Positions 39,678 through 54,273 of a stretch of DNA of 64,000 nucleotides are shown in pieces. Each line of letters starts with the position of its first letter. Position 1 is the stretch's first letter. The stretch comes from Eledone cirrhosa (Eukaryota), in NCBI GenBank assembly GCA_964016885.1, contig OZ024741.1, forward strand, positions 64,480,001 to 64,544,000, read 5' to 3'. The translations under genes were made by a program, and so were the position numbers. The notes beneath the pieces are model-generated. The model was not told the DNA's origin. It ran no database searches and worked only from the letters and a program-made list of their open reading frames with translations.

Positions 39678-42600
39678 TTCTATTTATTTGCCACGAGGGC
39701 ACTAAAGAAGGGGACAAATACACAGTGGGGGAGTTTACATAAATCGAGTAAAGAAAAAAAGGAATAACAATAATAATATAATAATAAAAAGTCCTCAAAA
39801 GGGAGGGGGCGTGTTGGGGATTGCACATACCCCCGAAAAGTGTGCAACCCTTTTCGCGGGGGAAGCCTAGAGAGGAGGCGCTCCCCCTTTCCTCTTCACT
39901 TCTTCACCTACAGAACAATGTAGAGAGAAGGCCCATTTACACGAGCCATTCTCGCTCTTTCACCCACCTTTCATAAAACTGTCTGGGGCCAAGCACTTCT
40001 CTCTCCATCCTGATCCTTCTTCCGAAGTGGTATCGGAAGAAGTAAACCAGGTGTTGGCCGGAGAGAAAGTCACCCGACCTCAGACCTTTCAGGCGCGTCC
40101 ACCACACAACCTCTTTCATCATGGCTATTACGCACAGAAAGACCGCCTCTGCTTCATTTCTGAAGGGAGGAGGCGGCTTGATGTTCACCACAGACTCGGC
40201 GGCCAATCGAATCGGCGCCACACGCGACAGCAGTCGTTCGACGTAGCCCCCCAGATCGGCAACGCCCGGGAAGTGTACTAGTGCGTGCGCAACGGTTTCC
40301 TCGTCGCGCATGCATCTGGGACAGATCTTTTTCGCGGGATCCTTGCCCGGGCGCCCGTGTCTGTAGAGCTTTTCTCGAACGGGCAGAGCCCCCCGGTAGC
40401 ACTGCCAGGCTAGGGACCTCTGGAAGTTGTCCATGGGTCCCGGGCCGAAAGTTCTACCGAACAGGCTGGCCAGTTCGTCCTCCTCCATGCCTAGCGACTC
40501 TCCAAGGGTGTCGTCGCCCCTGCAAGTCGGGTCCGCTTGCCAGAGAGCCGTGAGCGCCTGGGCACACTCTGTGTGCCAGTCGCCCAGTTTTCTCGGTCTT
40601 TGCTTCACCCAGGATTGCAGCTCGGTGAGCGAGACGAGCTGTGGGAAGGCTCACCTCACAAACGGGGCCCACACCGGCTGACCGGTGAGGAATACCTGTA
40701 GATGCCGTAGCCTCAATGCGTGCCTACGCATCAACAGCCATGGCATACCCAGCCCTCCTTTCGAAGGGTGCTGGTAGCAGATGGATCTCCTCACCATGGG
40801 AGGCCGCTTCTTCCAGAGGAACTGGAAGAGCATGCGTTCCATGATGGTGAGCTTTTCCTTGGGGCAAGGCACGACGGTCAGGCGGTAGTAGATGACGGAC
40901 GCTATGTAAGCGTTCGCCACCTCCGCCCGACCTTTCAGTGATAGTTTGCACTTGGCCCACTTCTGGGTCAGCGCAAACACCCTGCTCGTCACCTCGCCCC
41001 AATTCTTCTCCACCTGGAGGTCCGTTCCGAACCAGACCCCGAGCAGCTTCACCGGGCCCTCCGTCCACCGCCCGACGACACCGTCTAACGGCATCGGTTT
41101 GCCCCTCCACGTTCCGAGTTGCAAACCGACTGACTTGTCCCGGTTCAGCCTAGCCCCCGTCAGCCTTTCGTATTCCTCCAGTAGGGTGGCGATCGCCCCG
41201 ATTTCCGAGGCGTCCGCCACCATTACTGTTACGTCGTCGACATAGGCCGAGACCGCTTTGTGCAATCCCGGTTCCAGGGGTATGCCCCGCAGCAACTCCA
41301 ACTTCCGCAGCAGTGGCTCGAGAGCCAATACGTACAGAAGGGAGGAGAGGGGGCACCCCTGTCTGATGGACCGGGTGATTTGAAACGGCTCCGAGAGGTA
41401 GCCGTTTACTTTAACCCTAGAGAAGATAGAGAAGACGTTGCCACTGTGCATGGCAGAAATCCAGCCCCTGAAAACGGGTCTGAAGCCCGCCGCCGCTAGC
41501 ACCGCATCCAGGTAACCATGGTCGACCCTATCGAACGCCTTAGATTGATCCAAGTTGATCAGGGCCCCACCAAAGCCGGGTTCGTTCCCAACCCTCTCTA
41601 CGATGTATCACATGAGGTGGAGGTTGTCGTGAATGGACCTGGAAGGGATAGCGCATGTCTGCGCGTCTCCCACCAAGCCACCCACCACAAGCGCCAACCT
41701 CTTCGCCAACACCTTGGCCAAAATCTGTAACTCTGCATTCAGCAGAGTTATGGGCCTAAAGTTACTTAAGTCGTCCCCCTTGCTCTCGTCCTTCCTCACT
41801 AGCGTGACTACGCCCTTGGTCACAGAACAGGGAATTCTCCCGTTCTGTTGCCAGTTGCAATAGACAGCCTCGAGGAGTTCGGAGAACAAGACCGGCATAG
41901 CTAAATAAAGTTCGTATGGTAGACCATCGAGACCCGGAGATTTGCGTCTGATGCATTGGCTGAGCGCTTCCCCGATTTCAGTGGCTGTGATTGGCCTTTC
42001 GCAGCACTCCGCTTCGCCGCTCGAAAGACGCGGTAGACCGTCGAGGTATGGACCGAAGTCCACATCCCCGTCCGGCCCCCCGCCCCCCTCCGAACAGTCG
42101 AGCCAAGTGCCTTTGAAAGGCCTCGCACATCCGCTCAGGTTCAAGGATCACCCGTCCATCCTGGTCTCGCAAAGACCGAATGGTGGATTTAATCCCACTC
42201 TTGGCTTCTGTCACGCGGGCCCAGCTAACAGCTTTGGTCCCCTCGTTTCCTAAAGCACGTATTTTATTTCGGACAACGCAGCCTTCGTGCTTCGCGTCAA
42301 AGAACTGGCTCAACGCCGTTCTCGACGCTAACATTCTGGCCACGTCTCCGCTCCTAATCGCCTCTTCTAGTTTATCTGCTAACTCTCTTTCCCTCCTATT
42401 TCTATTCGCCGCTAGTTCCTTACTGTAACCTATCGAACTTACTCTAATCTCTCTCTTTAGAGATACCCACCACCTGCTGTTGACGATCGCTCCCGTCAAC
42501 CGCATCTTAACTAAGCTACTACTCCGGTTCCTGTAAGCTTCCTTTGCCGGCAAGGACAAGTTCATCTTCCAGTAACCGGGACCCTGTCTATGCGTTCTAT

Positions 42601-45491
42601 CAAGGTTGACCACGCAGGTCACTAATTTGTGATCTGAATATCCAACCATGAGCAATTCTGGACAACTAAATACGTCCCTATCCTTACTCCTAACCAAAAA
42701 CCTATCTAGGTACGATCTAGATTGACCACTGCGGTTTGCCCAGGTCCAGGTTGGCACAGTTGGAAAATCTAGTCGAAATCTATCGACCAGGTCGAATCGA
42801 TCGAGTAACCCCTTGAGGCTGCCACAACCCCCTCTATCGGGACATGCCCCTGCATAGTCCCAACGCGCATCTAGGATTACATTCCAGTCCCCCACTAAAA
42901 GCAGGGAACGCGACGTTCCTAGAAAAGTCTCCAGACGCTGGAAGAAGTCGGCTCTTTCAGCCCCGAAGGGGGAATAAAGACCGAGCAGTCTGAAAGCCCC
43001 GCCTTCACCGCCTCCGACGTCCAGCACCAGTAATCGAGCCCCCGGGTCCGAGTGAACAATCTGTACGTCGAGAGCCAGACGTTTATCCAGCAGTACGGCA
43101 ACCCCACCCCCGCCTCCGGGTTGACAGAGAGATGCGTGCATCTCAAAGTCATCGAAGGCGGGAGCCAGCTGTCGCACGCTGCTGATCCGTCTCTCGCAAA
43201 TAACCATTACATCTATACTTCGTGACCTGAGGTCACTTAGAAGCTTTGCTTGCTTCCAAGCCGAGCCCAGGCCACGCGCATTCAAACAGCCAACTCTCAA
43301 TTGATCTATTTTGGTGTTGAAAGTGAAGAAAGAAAAGCACCTACCTCTCCGAGTTGTGTAATTTCCATGGGATCGGGTGTGTTGGGTGGAGGGATGTTTT
43401 GTGGTGGTGTGGGGGTATCCGAGTGTGGTGGGTTGGGGTATTTGGAGTTGTGTCAGGGAGAGGGGAGGTTATGGGGAAATCTTTCAAGAGGACGTGATTT
43501 AACGGTTTTAAACAGGGGGGACCTTTATCATTTTTAAATGGGTGAAGTTCTCTGTTGAGATAAAGTTTGGCCCTTCGGTCTGCACCAAAAGGCTATTGTT
43601 TATTAATTTAAACAGTTTTTTGTTTTCTTTATTTATATATGTGTATTGTAAAGTCTTTTTTTGTGATGCTGTCAATGTTTCGAGGGGGGGTGGGGGGCAG
43701 ATTTATTTTTGTTTGTCGAGGGTGGGGTGTTTTTTATTGGAGTTGGTGTTTGTGTGTGGGTTATTTGTTGTTGTGGTGTGCTGGGTGTGTGCTTTCGTTT
43801 TTTTCTTTTAACTTGTCTGAAGGCTTCTCCTCCTTCTTCAGAAGTTGGGGGAAACTCTTCAGCGCTAGGTGGGAGGGACGTGGTGTCTGGTTGTTGTTTT
43901 TTTGCGGGAGGGGTAGATTTGTTGCTGTTTTTTTTTATTATTTGTTTGGAATGTGTTTTGTGGTGGTGGTAGGGATGTTTGTGTCGTGCTTGTGGTTGGT
44001 GATGGTGGTGGTGATGTTTGTGTTGTGGTTGGTGATGGTGGTGGTGATTTTTGTGTCGTGCTTGTGTTTGGTGCTGGTGGTGGTGATGTTTGTGTTGTGC
44101 TTGTGGTTGGTGGTGTCTGTATTTTGTTTGCTGTGTGTGGTATTAGTGTATTTTTGGAGGTGGGTGGTGTTGGTGTACTGTTTGTGGTGGGTATGGGCAA
44201 TAGTCCTTTTTGGGGGATACGATTCGGGCAGTTAGCCTTAACGTGTCCCCTTTCCGTGCATGAATAGCATGCTGGTCTTCTCCCCTCTACAATTATATAT
44301 ATTGGGGTGAGGTCATCCAGCCAGATGCGATCCGGGATTTGCGCTATTTTTTCGGGCCTCATTTGGACTAGTAGGTCGAGGCCCATTCCCAGGAACGCAT
44401 CTCCAGATGCCTTCCCCATTGACAGCACTGTGTCCTCGCCCATGTCTATGAAGCCAGCAATAGCCCACCAGAAGTCCATTGTGGGCAGCATTGTCTGTAT
44501 TTTGACTCTCTGAGTTCTTCTACCCATGTAGGAGGGATAGAAACTGTATGCTGTTGATGAGAGTGGGCTTAGGGAAAGCCTCTGTGCTGTTTCCTTGTCT
44601 TTTGTTAAAACAGAAATGCTGCCATAGAGTCGGTCCTTTCGTATGAAGAGAATATTCTTCATATGGTCTTTTAGGACCAACTCTATCTCCATTTGGCTGG
44701 GCTGTGCTGGCTTTCTCGTGTGGTTTAGGACTGTTCTAAACAGAACAGTGTTTTCTAGTCTCGTTTTTTTAAATTCTGGGGGGAATTAATGGAAAACATT
44801 CCGTTCTCCCCCAAGACTATGTGCTTTTTTGCTTCTGCCAGTTTCTCTCTGGCGGCAGTTAAGTCAATAGGTGTATATATTATAGATTTTTTTGTTGTCT
44901 GTGCGAAAGTTGTTTTTGTTGTGTTTGTGTTATTTATGTTGGTGTATTCGTTCACATTTTTTTTTCTTTGGGGTTAGACTCCATTTTTTCAAAATCTTCA
45001 CTTATATTTTCATTATCCGAAAGACTTGTGGTCACAGCTATTACTTCTCTTTCACCTTTGCTGGTGGGCGTGGCGCCGTGAAAAGTCGAAACGTCATCCA
45101 TTAATTTTGGCAATTTCTCCGAGTTAATTTTTTTCACATTTTTTTCATTAGGGTTAGGTTCCATTTTTTCAATGTTTCTAATAATCATTATTCTTTCAGT
45201 AGGGTGGCTTGTTGCCTCAGCTACCCGCTCTCCTTCAGTTTGTTTAGTGGGCGTGTCATCGTTACCTGTGGTAATGGCTTCCATTACCACTAGCGTAGAG
45301 ACAATTGCAAGATTTTTAGGATGAAAAATTTCACCCCAAAAGGGGTGAAATAAATTAACCCTAATGTAGGAAGACCCAGGCAAGGGGGTTAATTAACACA
45401 ATAACGCAAGAATACAGACAAACACTTACTGTTAACACGTAATATCTCCAATATTCGCGGAGCCGATGTGAAGCACGTCTATGCCATCCGG
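39677..45491 (-). mobile_element. Full-length L1/Tx1-clade LINE (copy C), flanked by (GATA)n
   Basis: ORF1 at about 43340-45285 (CYSCTERGHVKANC). ORF2 at about 39908-43309 (ORFs 41978-43300, 41608-42144, 40651-41553, 39937-40608). Confidence 0.93.
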
Positions 45492-45572
45492 AGATAGATA
45501 GGCAGGTAGGTAGGTAGGTATGCAGGTAAGAAGGCATGTGGGAAGCAAGATAGATAGATAGGTAAATAAATA

Positions 45573-45664
<92 letters not shown>

Positions 45665-45712
45665 GTAGGTAGGTAGGTAGGTAGGTAGGTAGGTAGGTAG
45701 GTAGATAGATAT

Positions 45713-47177
45713 ATTTCTTTATTTGCCACAAGGGCACACAAAAAAGGGGGACAAAACAAGGACACATGCCGGGGATTTTACATACAGTCGTGTAAAAATA
45801 TTGAAACAAACAAATTTAACAATCGAAATCCCCAATAGAGGGGAGGTGTTACAAATGGGTTGTTTAATACCCCGTCGATAGAACAACCCTCAACTTCAGG
45901 AGCGCGTTGTGCAAGTGCCCCTTTCTTCCTTTTGCTCTCTTCTTCAGGTTTATATACAGGCCATTTTTGCTACATTCACCCACCTTTCAGTAAATTTACT
46001 GGGGTGCAGTGCCTCACGCTCCACTCTGATTCTCCTGCTAAAGTGGTACCTAAAGAAGGGAATGAGTTGTTGTCCAGAGAGAAAGGCATCTGTCCTCAGT
46101 CCTCTCAATCTTTCACCATAGCCACTATACAGAGGAAAACCGCCTCACTTTCGTTTTTGAAAGAAGTTGGCGGTTTAATCCTTACTATGGACTCGGCAGT
46201 CAATTGGATTTGTCCCATACGCGACAGCAGTTGTTCTGCGTAGTTCCACAGGTCGGTTACGCCCGGGCAGTGTACAATTGCGTGTAAGACGGTTTCAATG
46301 TCCTTCTCGCATCTTGGACACGTCCTCTTGGAAGGATCCCTGCCGGGGCGTCCGTGCCTGTAGATCTTGTTTCGAACTGGTAGAGCTCCTCGGTAGCACT
46401 GCCTGGCCAGGGACCTCTGGAAGTTGTCCATAGGTCCCGAGCGGAAATTCCTACCAAACTGACTGGTGAGTTCGTCGTCTTCGACGCCCAGAGTCTCTCC
46501 GAGCACGTCGTCGCCCTTGTGACGTACTAATCCGCTATAGAATGTCGAAGTGGAGTCTCCACTGATTGCTGTGTCCGCTTGACAAAGGACTGTGATCGCC
46601 TGAGCGCATTCAATGTGCCAGGCGCCCATCTTCTTCGGTCTCCGCTTGACCCTGGACTGCAGCTCCGTCAGCGAGACAAGTTGCGGGAAGGCCTGTCTCA
46701 CAAACGGTGCATACACCGGTTGGTCGGTGAGGAATACCTGGAGATGCCGTAGCCTCAGCGCATGTTTGCGCATCATCAGCCACGTCATTTCCAGTCCTCC
46801 GTTGGAAGGGTGCTGACAGCAGACGGATCTCCTCAGCAAAGGAACTGGAAGAGCATGCGTTCCATCTTGGTGAGGTGTTCACGGGGACAAGGCACGACGG
46901 GCGCTATGAAAGTGTTCGCCACCTCCGCTCGACCTTTCAAGGATAGTTTGCACTCTGCCCACTCCTGGGTGAGAGCAAATACCTTGGCTGTGACCTCGTT
47001 CCAGTGTTTCTCCACCTGGAGATCCGGACCGAACCAGACCCCGAGCAATTTCACCGGTCCGTCCAGCGTCCGACGACGCTGTCGGACGGCATCGGTTTGC
47101 CTCTCCACGTTCCGAGTTGCAAACCGACAGACTTGTCCGGGTTCAGTTTTGCTCCTGTGAGCCTTTCGTATTCCTGC
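45713..47177 (-). mobile_element. 5'-truncated L1/Tx1-clade LINE (copy D)
   Basis: ORF2 C-terminal part ([12 protein letters not shown]...CPRC..ETVLHAIVHC). Same 3' terminus GTGCCCTTGTGGCAAATAAAGAAAT. Confidence 0.9.
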
Positions 47178-47283
<106 letters not shown>

Positions 47284-47489
47284 AGATAAATAAACCCATA
47301 TATCGTTTCTTGTCCACTGTTTGGTTGGTATTCTCAGATGTAACTTCTGTTTCATGTACAATCGACCTTGTGTTACAAACCTGTTTCAGTGGCCATTCAT
47401 CCTTGTTCCTGCATCCCTGTTCTTCCCTAAGTTTATTTATGTCTTGCAGTTATCATTGACTTCAAGGAAGAACCACAGGAATAATTAGT

Positions 47490-47690
47490 GGTAGGATCCT
47501 TTGAAGAGAATGATTAAAGTAAAGTCGATAAGGTATAGCAAAGAAGTAGTAATAGAGAAAATAGATTAAAGACGAAGTTAATGAACAAATTAGAATAGAC
47601 GATTGGGAAAAGTATCGTAACGAACATTATTGCAGCAAGAAAAGACCTCGACAATATCTTCAATACGAAACACGATGGTTGTATCATAGT
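47490..47690 (+). mobile_element. Old Tx1 ORF2 internal fragment
   Basis: LKRMIKVKSIRYSKEVVIE...IAARKDLDNIFNTKHDGCII, compared with copy A LKRVIKVEWIRFSKGVVIE...LAARLALDQFFNAKHEGCVV. Confidence 0.65.
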
Positions 47691-49399
47691 ATATTTCGGC
47701 CCACATTATCTAATGTGTCTCTCTTTTTTAAGGTGATAGATTGTGACTAAAAAGAAACCTAAAAGCTATTTCTAGCGGGGCGGGCAGCTATGTAGAAGCT
47801 CTCTCAAAGCTTGGTTTGGTAAAATGAATTCATACATACAAAGCAATGTTTGCCATGAGGAGATTAAATATCTCTAGTTACTATTTCAAATATATACAAA
47901 TGTTAATTCTCACCTTCTTTTGTAATCTATCATGGCATCCTCATATCTATAACATCTCCAAACATAAGTTTTCTTTTCCTGGGTCAGAAAATACTCAAGC
48001 TACGATTAGTTTTTGACCCTCTACAAAGCTTACACAAAACTCACATTGGTGAGTTGCTTACATATTTAGAACGGTTCTGCTGCAGTTGCTACTGCTGCAA
48101 TGTTGCTATTTCTGTTGTTGCTGTTTCTGGTGCCGCTGTTACTGTAAACATATGTACCGCATAAAAAAAAAAAATGCCATTTTGCGACTTAGCAATGATT
48201 TAATTCCTCAAACATTTCCACCGCCAGTGGACAGAGAAGTAGAGAGCGAGATAGTGAGAAAGAGATATAAAGGAAGAATTTCCTCCAGTACTTTACCGGT
48301 ATTTTTTTAACGACTTTGAAAGCATGAAAGGAAAAGGTGACCTTAGTTGTTGATATATCCCTTCGAATACAATTTACAGCTTTACGTTGATGTGAGTATT
48401 TAATATCTTAAAGCCTTGCAAAGTGTTGTTATAATCAGTAGCTCTGGAACGCGGTAAAGAGATAACTATGGGATTCCAGGCCAGTCGGCCACTTCATTGT
48501 TCTTTTTAAGTGTAGTAGATAGCGAAAACGGTAGAAAAGGAGTCACCGACAAAATCTCTTGCAAAGTTCCAATCCTACTGGAATTAGCTTTGCATTGTAT
48601 CTGTCTTTGAGGGTGGGGAGGTCGATAGCGTAAGCAGCTAAGCACTATGGTCAGTTAAACCAACTACACTCTATTCCTGTAGGTCTGTAGATGGTGGTGA
48701 CCACAGCGTAAGTGGTCAATGTGAAATTGGAGAGAGAAAGTCCAGTCCTTGTTATTGACAGTGCACATCCTAGCGCAGTGTTTGAGGCCAGATTGGTAGT
48801 ACACTGGTTCCCTTAAACCCTGGATATTTTAGCTGTATGTTTGTGTTATTGTCTGGTTCTGTGGCTTTTTAGTTTTTATATTTCCCTTAAAAAGGTCTCT
48901 GGTGGGAGTCAAAATGGTGATCTCGGTAGAAGGTGAGTATTATTCCTTTTGCATTTCTGTTTTCTCTGTATAGTGGAGTATGTTTTGACAGGTGATTTTC
49001 AAAAAATGTCTAAGAGTATTTGTTAGTGTTGCAGTGTATGGTTTATTATTTGAAGTTGTCATTGTAACATGGGGTATCGGGTGGTTATTGTTATTGATGC
49101 TGTTATATTATTCTATATAATGTTTTTACAATTAGATTTTGATATATGCTGGATGCAAATGTTTACCAGTTTTTTTTTTCTTTTTTCTGTTATCTCTTCT
49201 CCTTCTTCTTCTTCTTCATCTCCTTCTTCTTCTTCTTCTTCTTCTCTTTTTCTTCTTCTTCTTCTTCTTCTTCTCTTTTTCTTTTTCTTTTTCTTTTTCT
49301 TTTTCTTTTTCTTCTTCTTTGTTTACTTTTTCCTGTATTAAATATTCTTAAATACTACCAAAATATTAAATCTGTCTGGTTTTATATAACTAGTACGCA

Positions 49400-51190
49400 A
49401 ACATGACATCACATGCTCATCTGAATTTGGTAAAGGTAATGACCAGTTTGAAGTATTAACTGTGATCAGACTTAACCTTTCTAATTCGGGCAGGTCAAAT
49501 ATTGAACAATAATGTCAGAAACCAAACTACATAGAATACATACTGTTTTCTCTTGCCCTCTACAGTGACATTCAGTTTACATGTACCATACTCCTTCATT
49601 TCAGACTTGTTAGCAAGTAAAGTGACATCAGGGTACAAATTTCTAGAAAATTTCCAGTGGTAACAGGTTGCCTGCAACACCTGTGTTTTGCTTACACCTT
49701 AAGTTAACATGATTACCATACTTGTTTGATATCTCTAAGTTTGCGAAAACTCTAATTTTATTGGCTGAGAAATTTCAACAAATGTAATCGCACTGAAATC
49801 TGCTTTTGTTCGAGTGTCAACTGTGAACTGAATCTTTCTGATTATCTTAATCATGTCAAGATATACATCTAAACTTCTATCTTTTCCATCAAAGTATTCA
49901 CAATCAAAGTCACAGTCATTACACTCAACTGAACTGATGTTTTTCTCATGCTTCACATGTGATTTACAATCAAATTTAACTCTTTGTTTACCAAATTACG
50001 AACTACTTCTACATTTACTCATGAAATAATGTCGCTTCTTGCATTTATAACATGTTTTCTCATATACTGGGCATTGTCCAGGCGAGTGTTTAGCATCACA
50101 GTTTCTGTATTGTTTGCCTGTATTTCTGCAGACTTGCTTTTCGTTTGTCCTTTCTTTTACATTTTGCAGCCACTTTAGTTGTGTACAGCATCAATGTCTT
50201 TCTTGACCCTTGAATCATGCTGAAAACTGGTTGCAAGCTTCTCAGATTCAATCTGTGATTCCAGTAGTTTGCAATCGCGAGTGCGTGTGGCCAGTCCTTG
50301 GCAGGATCCATTTCCTCACGTCAATGTTGATTATGGACCAAGAAAATAAATGTAATCACTTCAATCTTGTTAGTGAATCCACATTCACCCCCGCGGCACC
50401 TGACATGAAATTTGTTTGATCCTTACAATTGGAACTGAATAGTGATCCCAGTTTATACCATGACTATATCGTGCCTTGTGTGGGGCGGAATTTATCCTTG
50501 AATATGGTAATTACATCATCAAAATTTTCTCTAGGTGCCTCTAAATCATTTTAGAGTTCTGCAGCCTCACTACCCAACCAGTAAATTAAAAGTCCCACAT
50601 GTTCAACTTGGGGCTGTATTTTGTGTGAGCCATGTGCTAGTATAATGCTAGCATCTTTGTAAAAATTATAAAATGCTTCATATCTATTCGGACATTCTCT
50701 CAAAAATGTACTGTCTCATTGAGATACCAAACATTGAAAATATGGCTTGGAACACGCCAGGATTAATACCTTGTTGCTCGTTCATGATCAGGCTTAGTAA
50801 ATGAAACTTCACTGCAGTCCTGTATGTGAAGAAAATCACACAGGTTACTGATATAATACTCTATTAAACATCACTGGAACACAAGGCTCACTTGTAGGTC
50901 AATCTACCTAGGATATCACACATCATACTGCATGTGGTGTGGATCAAAAGATACATGTTGACAGGTTTGCTTCAGTCTCCTGTAAAATCTTCTGGCTGTG
51001 GTATCAAAACTAAAGTCCAGATCCCTGTTCTGGTATAAACACCAAACTCTTGCTGCTGTAAACATCAAGTAGATATCATGCGGCATGTAGTCCAGCACTT
51101 CTGACACCAAGAAAGAACATGATAAGTCAGACATACATTACTAGGTGCTTTTATTAGTCTCCAACATGGCTCCTAGACTCTATATAGTAA
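49400..51190 (-). mobile_element. Degraded Gypsy-type LTR retrotransposon 5' part (PBS, gag, protease)
   Basis: PBS TGGTGTCAGAAGTG at 51096-51109. Gag-like LLIYWLGSEA, and protease-like IQFTVDT..ADFSAI and FYVV..TLL. Confidence 0.6.
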
Positions 51191-51207
51191 AACAAGGAGT
51201 CCTAATA

Positions 51208-51398
51208 ATTGTTTCTACTTTTGGCACAAGGTCAGCAATTATCCCAGTGTATTACTGGTACTTTATTTTATCGACCCCGTAAGGATGAAAAGCAAAGTTA
51301 ACCTCGGTGGGATTTGAACTCAGACCGTAAAGGGGTATAACTCTATGCTGCAAAGCTTGGCGTCCGACCCTCTACCGATACTGCCAATCCACCGCCCT
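51208..51398 (-). mobile_element. SINE, main family
   Basis: Matches the 13926-14146 consensus. Confidence 0.8.
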
Positions 51399-51559
51399 TA
51401 CAAGGAATTCTAATAATAAGAAACAAGTAGAATGTGCGTTGATTGACCGATTTGAATGGCCATTCAAATAATGTTACAAGAGCAGTGATCTCTCAATTCG
51501 GAGAAGTAGCGGCTCTACCTGGAGCTACTATTTTCATCATTTTTTTTTTGGGGGGGGGG

Positions 51560-52140
51560 TTATTTCCTTATTTAGTTGCTTGATACTGAATGGTATTTTT
51601 GGTTTGGTTATTTTATATGTTGGTGTAGTTTACTTGAGGTTACACTCTGTATTTCTGGCGTGTAACTGTATTCTTTATGTTGCTTTTGGGGATATGCTTT
51701 TTAGATGCATCTATAATTATGTTGTTGAATGTATGCCCAACAGTGTTTATATTAGTAATTGTGGTGTTATTAAATTCTGTAAAACTTGATTGGGTCATTT
51801 GTTAGAACCCGTTTCATTCTGATTTTACTTTTTGTTTGTTTGTTTTTTTGTTTTGTTTTTCTGATTTGTTTTTTTTTAAGTTTGTAAAAAAATTTTTTTT
51901 TTGTTCATATTTCATTGATGTGGAAGTGTGTAGTGATGATAATTGGTAAGTTATCGGATAATATTGGGGGAGTATTTGCCAAGTGGTTACGGTAGTTAAG
52001 TATATGGAGAGAAAAATGTGATGTCTTCGTAGAGTTGCTTTATTTGATTTGATGAGGTATGTATAAATGTTGGTATAGTTATTTATCGTAAAGGAACCTT
52101 AGTCGTGACGATGTTGTGTTATCTTTTGATAATATAGGTA
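51560..52140 (-). mobile_element. Highly degraded APE-type LINE fragment (I/Jockey-group-like)
   Basis: Broken frames: DITF, W...SD.LPIII, FNNIIIDASKKHIPK. Confidence 0.35.
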
Positions 52141-52322
52141 TCATCATGAGTTACGGCGCTTTACGATAAAATAAAGTACCAGTAACGCACTAGGGTCGAT
52201 TTAGCTTTGTCTTTCATCCTTACGAAAGTCCATAAAATATAGTACCAGTAACGCACTGGTGTCGATTTAATCGACTTTCCCCTCCCGTAAAATTGCTTGT
52301 TTTGTGCCTAAATCAGAAAACA

Positions 52323-54270
52323 TTAACACGCTGATACTATATTATTATTAACACGATGGTAGTATATTATTATTAACACGATGATAGTATATTATTATTA
52401 ACACGATGATACTATATTATTATTAACATGATGGTAGTATATTATTATTAACACGATGGTAGTATATTATTATTAACACGATGATAGTATATTATTATTA
52501 ACACGATGATACTATATTATTATTAACACGATGGTAGTATATTATTATTAACACGATGATAGTATATTATTATTAACACGATGATAGTATATTATTATTA
52601 ATACGATGGTAGTATATTGTTATTAACACGATGGTAGTATATTGTTATTAACACGATGGTAGTATATTGTTATTAACACGATGGTAGTATATTATTATTA
52701 ACACGATGATAGTATATTATTATTAACACGATGATACTATATTATTATTAACACGATGATACTATATTATTATTAACACGATGATAGTATATTATTATTA
52801 ACACCATGGTAGTATATTGTTATTAACACGATGGTAGTATATTGTTATTAACACGATGGTAGTATATTATTATTAACACGATGGTAGTATATTATTATTA
52901 ACACGATGGTAGTATATTATTATTAACACGATGATAGTATATTATTAGTAACACGATGGTAGTATATTATTATTAACACGATGGTAGTATATTGTTATTA
53001 CCTCGATGGTAGTATATTGTTATTAACACGATGGTAGTATATTGTTATTAACACGATGGTAGTATATTGTTATTAACACGATGGTAGTATATTGTTATTA
53101 ACACGATGGTAGTATATTATTATTAACACGATGATAGTATATTATTAGTAACACGATGGTAGTATATTATTATTAACACGATGGTAGTATACTGTTATTA
53201 ACACGATGATAGTATATTATTAGTAACACGATGGTAGTATATTATTATTAACACGATGGTAGTATATTATTATTAACATGATGGTAGTATATTATTATTA
53301 ACACCATGGTAGTATATTGTTATTAACACGATGGTAGTATATTGTTATTAACACGATGGTAGTATATTGTTATTAACACGATGGTAGTATATTATTATTA
53401 ACACGATGGTAGTATATTGTTATTAACACGATGGTAGTATATTGTTATTAACACGATGGTAGTATATTATTATTAACATGATGGTAGTATATTATTATTA
53501 ACACCATGGTAGTATATTGTTATTAACACGATGGTAGTATATTATTATTAACACGATGGTAGTATATTATTATTAACACGATGGTAGTATATTATTATTA
53601 ACATGATGGTAGTATATTATTATTAACACCATGGTAGTATATTGTTATTAACACGATGGTAGTATATTATTATTAACACGATGGTAGTATATTATTATTA
53701 ACATGATGGTAGTATATTATTATTAACACCATGGTAGTATATTGTTATTAACACGATGGTAGTATATTATTATTAACACGATGGTAGTATATTATTATTA
53801 ACACGATGGTAGTATATTATTATTAACATGATGGTAGTATATTGTTATTAACACCATGGTAGTATATTGTTATTAACACGATGGTAGTATATTATTATTA
53901 ACACGATGATAGTATATTATTATTAACACGATGGTAGTATATTGTTATTAACACGATGGTAGTATATTGTTATTAACACGATGGTAGTATATTATTATTA
54001 ACACGATGGTAGTATATTGTTATTAACACGATGGTAGTATATTATTATTAACACGATGATAGTATATTATTATTAACACGATGATAGTATATTATTATTA
54101 ACACGATGGTAGTATATTATTATTAACACGATGATAGTATATTATTATTAACACGATGGTAGTATATTATTATTAACACGATGGTAGTATATTATTATTA
54201 ACACGATGATAGTATATTATTATTAACACGATGGTACTATATTATTATTAAGACGATGGTAGTATATGAA
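52323..54270. repeat. 25-bp minisatellite, about 78 units
   Basis: Unit acacgatg(g/a)tagtatatt(a/g)ttatta. A degenerate continuation follows at 55564-55833. Confidence 0.97.
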
Positions 54271-54273
54271 CTA

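Noticed and set aside
47914-47999. Possible small minus-strand exon (LEYFLTQEKKTYVWRCYRYEDAMIDYKR) with an AG|GTGAGA donor
   Set aside because: The acceptor is weak, the frame is short and there is no recognisable homology. It cannot be supported without RNA data.
50916-51134. 72-aa ORF that looks like a host exon
   Set aside because: It overlaps a retrotransposon primer-binding site and leader upstream of a gag remnant.
52323-54270. Regular array as a possible CRISPR
   Set aside because: Units are contiguous with no unique spacers, there are no cas genes, and the context is eukaryotic.
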